In this document: piece by piece, positions 62,652 to 64,000 of the stretch | Numbering within the stretch: position 1 is the stretch's first letter | Layout: each line of letters starts with the position of its first letter | From: a virus | Taxonomy: Duplodnaviria > Caudoviricetes | Reading direction: 5' to 3' (one strand) | DNA: 64,000 nt | IMG/VR virus record: IMGVR_UViG_3300014204_000154 | Location: 1-64,000 of that record | Notes under the pieces: generated by a model | What the model saw: only the letters and a program-made list of their open reading frames with translations | Databases searched by the model: none | Told to the model about the DNA's origin: nothing | Translations under genes and position numbers: made by a program

Positions 62652-63694
62652 AATAGTCCGCAATCCTTTAGCGAATACATATCTGGTTCCTTGCCATCAA
62701 AAACTCTTCTGCCCTGTTCAAGATCGCCGATCCCATCCCAACTCGATTGAAAGACCTCTTCCCGGTCTTCCCCCGCTAAGATCCGCCGTTTAAAATTGAT
62801 CAAATTGAATGTAGTGGGATTTGGCACCGTAACGCCGCAACAGGTGTTTGTTGATTCCCTATACAGACCGGAGTTAACAAAGTCAGGACAGCCCAAAACG
62901 ATGCCATATTTCTTGGCAATCTCGATAAGCTGAACCAAGATCGGTTTCCAATATTGATCCCGGTTATGAAACCAAATCTTCTCAATATCAATCCCGATCC
63001 CATGGAGGCGCTTAGCAACGAAGTCGTTGAAGTGAAAATTGTAGGTGTTATAATTCAAGATCCCATGGGATTTTAGCCGACGCATTAAGGATCGGAATTG
63101 AGCCACGGTATGATACCCTGGAATGAAAGGTTCTCCGTTGACTCCCACCCTAACGCCGTTGCTCTTCAAAAGCAATATGTGAACAATCCGATCCTCAACC
63201 GGAGTCGTGCACCGCCGTTCTAATACCTCCCAATCGCTTTCCGCTCCCGGAGATATAATTGGCTGGACAATGCAAAGATCCTTCATCCGGACGATATCAT
63301 CAAAATAATCCATCATGACTTCGGTGAACATGGTCTGAATCAAAAACGACCACCGATGCCCCTCAAGAATTTTCAAGACCTCTCCGGATACGCGGTGAAT
63401 CCGCTCCGCTGATTGAAACGGATCTGCTTTGTTGCCAAACCGAATTGTCTTCTTATGATGCAGCGCCCAAGCCAGAGAGGATCGCGGATTTTTGTTTTTC
63501 AACCCGTTTGACAATGTTCTTGAAAAGGATTCGATATCCAGAGGCTTCAAATCGTACCCCCAGATGTGATTAAGACGGCGAAGATAGCAATGAAGGCAAT
63601 CCGCCTCGCAATTGCCATATGAATCAAGAGAAAATGACAATGGACAATAAATGGAATCGCCCCTGATTGTTAAGCCTTGTTTCAATCTTTCCAA
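62648..63694 (-). CDS. Radical SAM enzyme (spore photoproduct lyase-like clade), paralog 1
   Basis: CEADCLHC (CX3CX2C), RFGNKADPFQ, GEPFIPG and C-terminal TCCG. Confidence 0.85.
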   Translation of the reverse strand: MERLKQGLTIRGDSIYCPLSFSLDSYGNCEADCLHCYLRRLNHIWGYDLKPLDIESFSRTLSNGLKNKNPRSSLAWALHHKKTIRFGNKADPFQSAERIHRVSGEVLKILEGHRWSFLIQTMFTEVMMDYFDDIVRMKDLCIVQPIISPGAESDWEVLERRCTTPVEDRIVHILLLKSNGVRVGVNGEPFIPGYHTVAQFRSLMRRLKSHGILNYNTYNFHFNDFVAKRLHGIGIDIEKIWFHNRDQYWKPILVQLIEIAKKYGIVLGCPDFVNSGLYRESTNTCCGVTVPNPTTFNLINFKRRILAGEDREEVFQSSWDGIGDLEQGRRVFDGKEPDMYSLKDCGLL

Positions 63695-63720
63695 TGACTT
63701 ATGTCCTCTGAAAAATAGGC

Positions 63721-63755
63721 GAAAAAGAAGGGGGCAGAACTTCCTGCCCCCTTCT
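63721..63755 (-). terminator. Rho-independent terminator
   Basis: 12-bp stem AGAAGGGGGCAG / CTGCCCCCTTCT plus TTTTT on the minus strand. Confidence 0.8.
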
Positions 63756-63778
63756 CCGAAAACGTGGACCGGCCGGGG

Positions 63779-64000
63779 TTACTTGCGGGTGATTTTCCCA
63801 TCGGCGATGGCGAAAAGGTCGAACGCTTCCACGGCCGCCAGGACTGTCTTCATGGCCCAAGCCGCCTCTTTCTCATTGGCCTTGCCGCCCTCTTTGGCGT
63901 ACTCCGCATCTGCCGCCTTGATGAGATCTGTCACCGTTTCGCCCTTGGCCTTGGCAAGAATGGATGCGGAAATGAAAAGCCGCCCCTTCTTCTTCTCCTT
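63779..64000 (-). CDS. 3' end of a Lys/Ala-rich hypothetical protein (starts outside the window)
   Basis: Hand translation ...KEKKKGRLFISASILAKAKGE..AIADGKITRK-stop. Confidence 0.6.
   Translation of the reverse strand, partial: KEKKKGRLFISASILAKAKGETVTDLIKAADAEYAKEGGKANEKEAAWAMKTVLAAVEAFDLFAIADGKITRK

Larger units (their letters stand above)
1..64000 (-). mobile_element. Segment of a large tailed dsDNA bacteriophage genome
   Basis: Terminase, portal, MuF, scaffold, HK97-type capsid and phage replication/recombination genes are densely packed on one strand, with frequent ATGA/TAATG overlaps and no host housekeeping operon. Confidence 0.95.

Noticed and set aside
1-64000. Alternative genetic code (stop-codon reassignment)
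   Set aside because: Standard code gives full-length conserved genes at high coding density, and TAA, TGA and TAG all end genes at sensible positions.
1-64000. CRISPR array, IS element or integrase
   Set aside because: No regularly spaced repeats, transposase or recombinase motifs were seen.

Overview
The whole 64 kb reads as one co-oriented (minus-strand) segment of a large tailed dsDNA phage genome. I see no host housekeeping block and no integrase in the window, so lysogeny and host cannot be decided here; strong AGGAGG Shine-Dalgarno sites indicate a bacterial host. In transcription order (64000 to 1): (i) a putative DNA-modification block with two paralogous SPL-like radical SAM enzymes, a fold-type-II PLP enzyme, a DUF2156-like aminoacyl-transferase, a GIY-YIG endonuclease and three DNA methyltransferases, one of them an EcoHK31I-type two-frame C5 MTase frameshifted in a G7 tract; (ii) a replisome mixing bacterial Pol III parts (beta clamp, DnaE fused to a family-4 uracil-DNA glycosylase, DnaX, a DnaQ-like exonuclease) with T4-like recombination genes (UvsY-like, gp32-like, RecA/UvsX, 5' exonuclease, resolvase, split Rad50 plus Mre11); (iii) small accessory genes, terS and terL; (iv) about 20 kb between terL and portal holding accessory genes, tRNA-Pro, a tRNA-like element and a soluble nucleotide-sugar pathway resembling WbpA/B/E/D plus Bordetella WbmF/G/H/S; (v) the head operon: portal, a 2041-aa MuF protein with Nudix, HipA-like kinase and unknown C-terminal domains, two candidate immunity genes, scaffold, major capsid, cement protein, a GT2/TPR glycosyltransferase, head-tail adaptor genes and fibre-like genes. 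The two strongest candidate novel systems are phage-encoded virion glycosylation with a self-made diamino-uronic sugar, and a radical-SAM/PLP/aminoacyl-transferase DNA hypermodification module coupled to a DnaE-UDG polymerase. All family calls come from motif recognition by eye; no database search was run.
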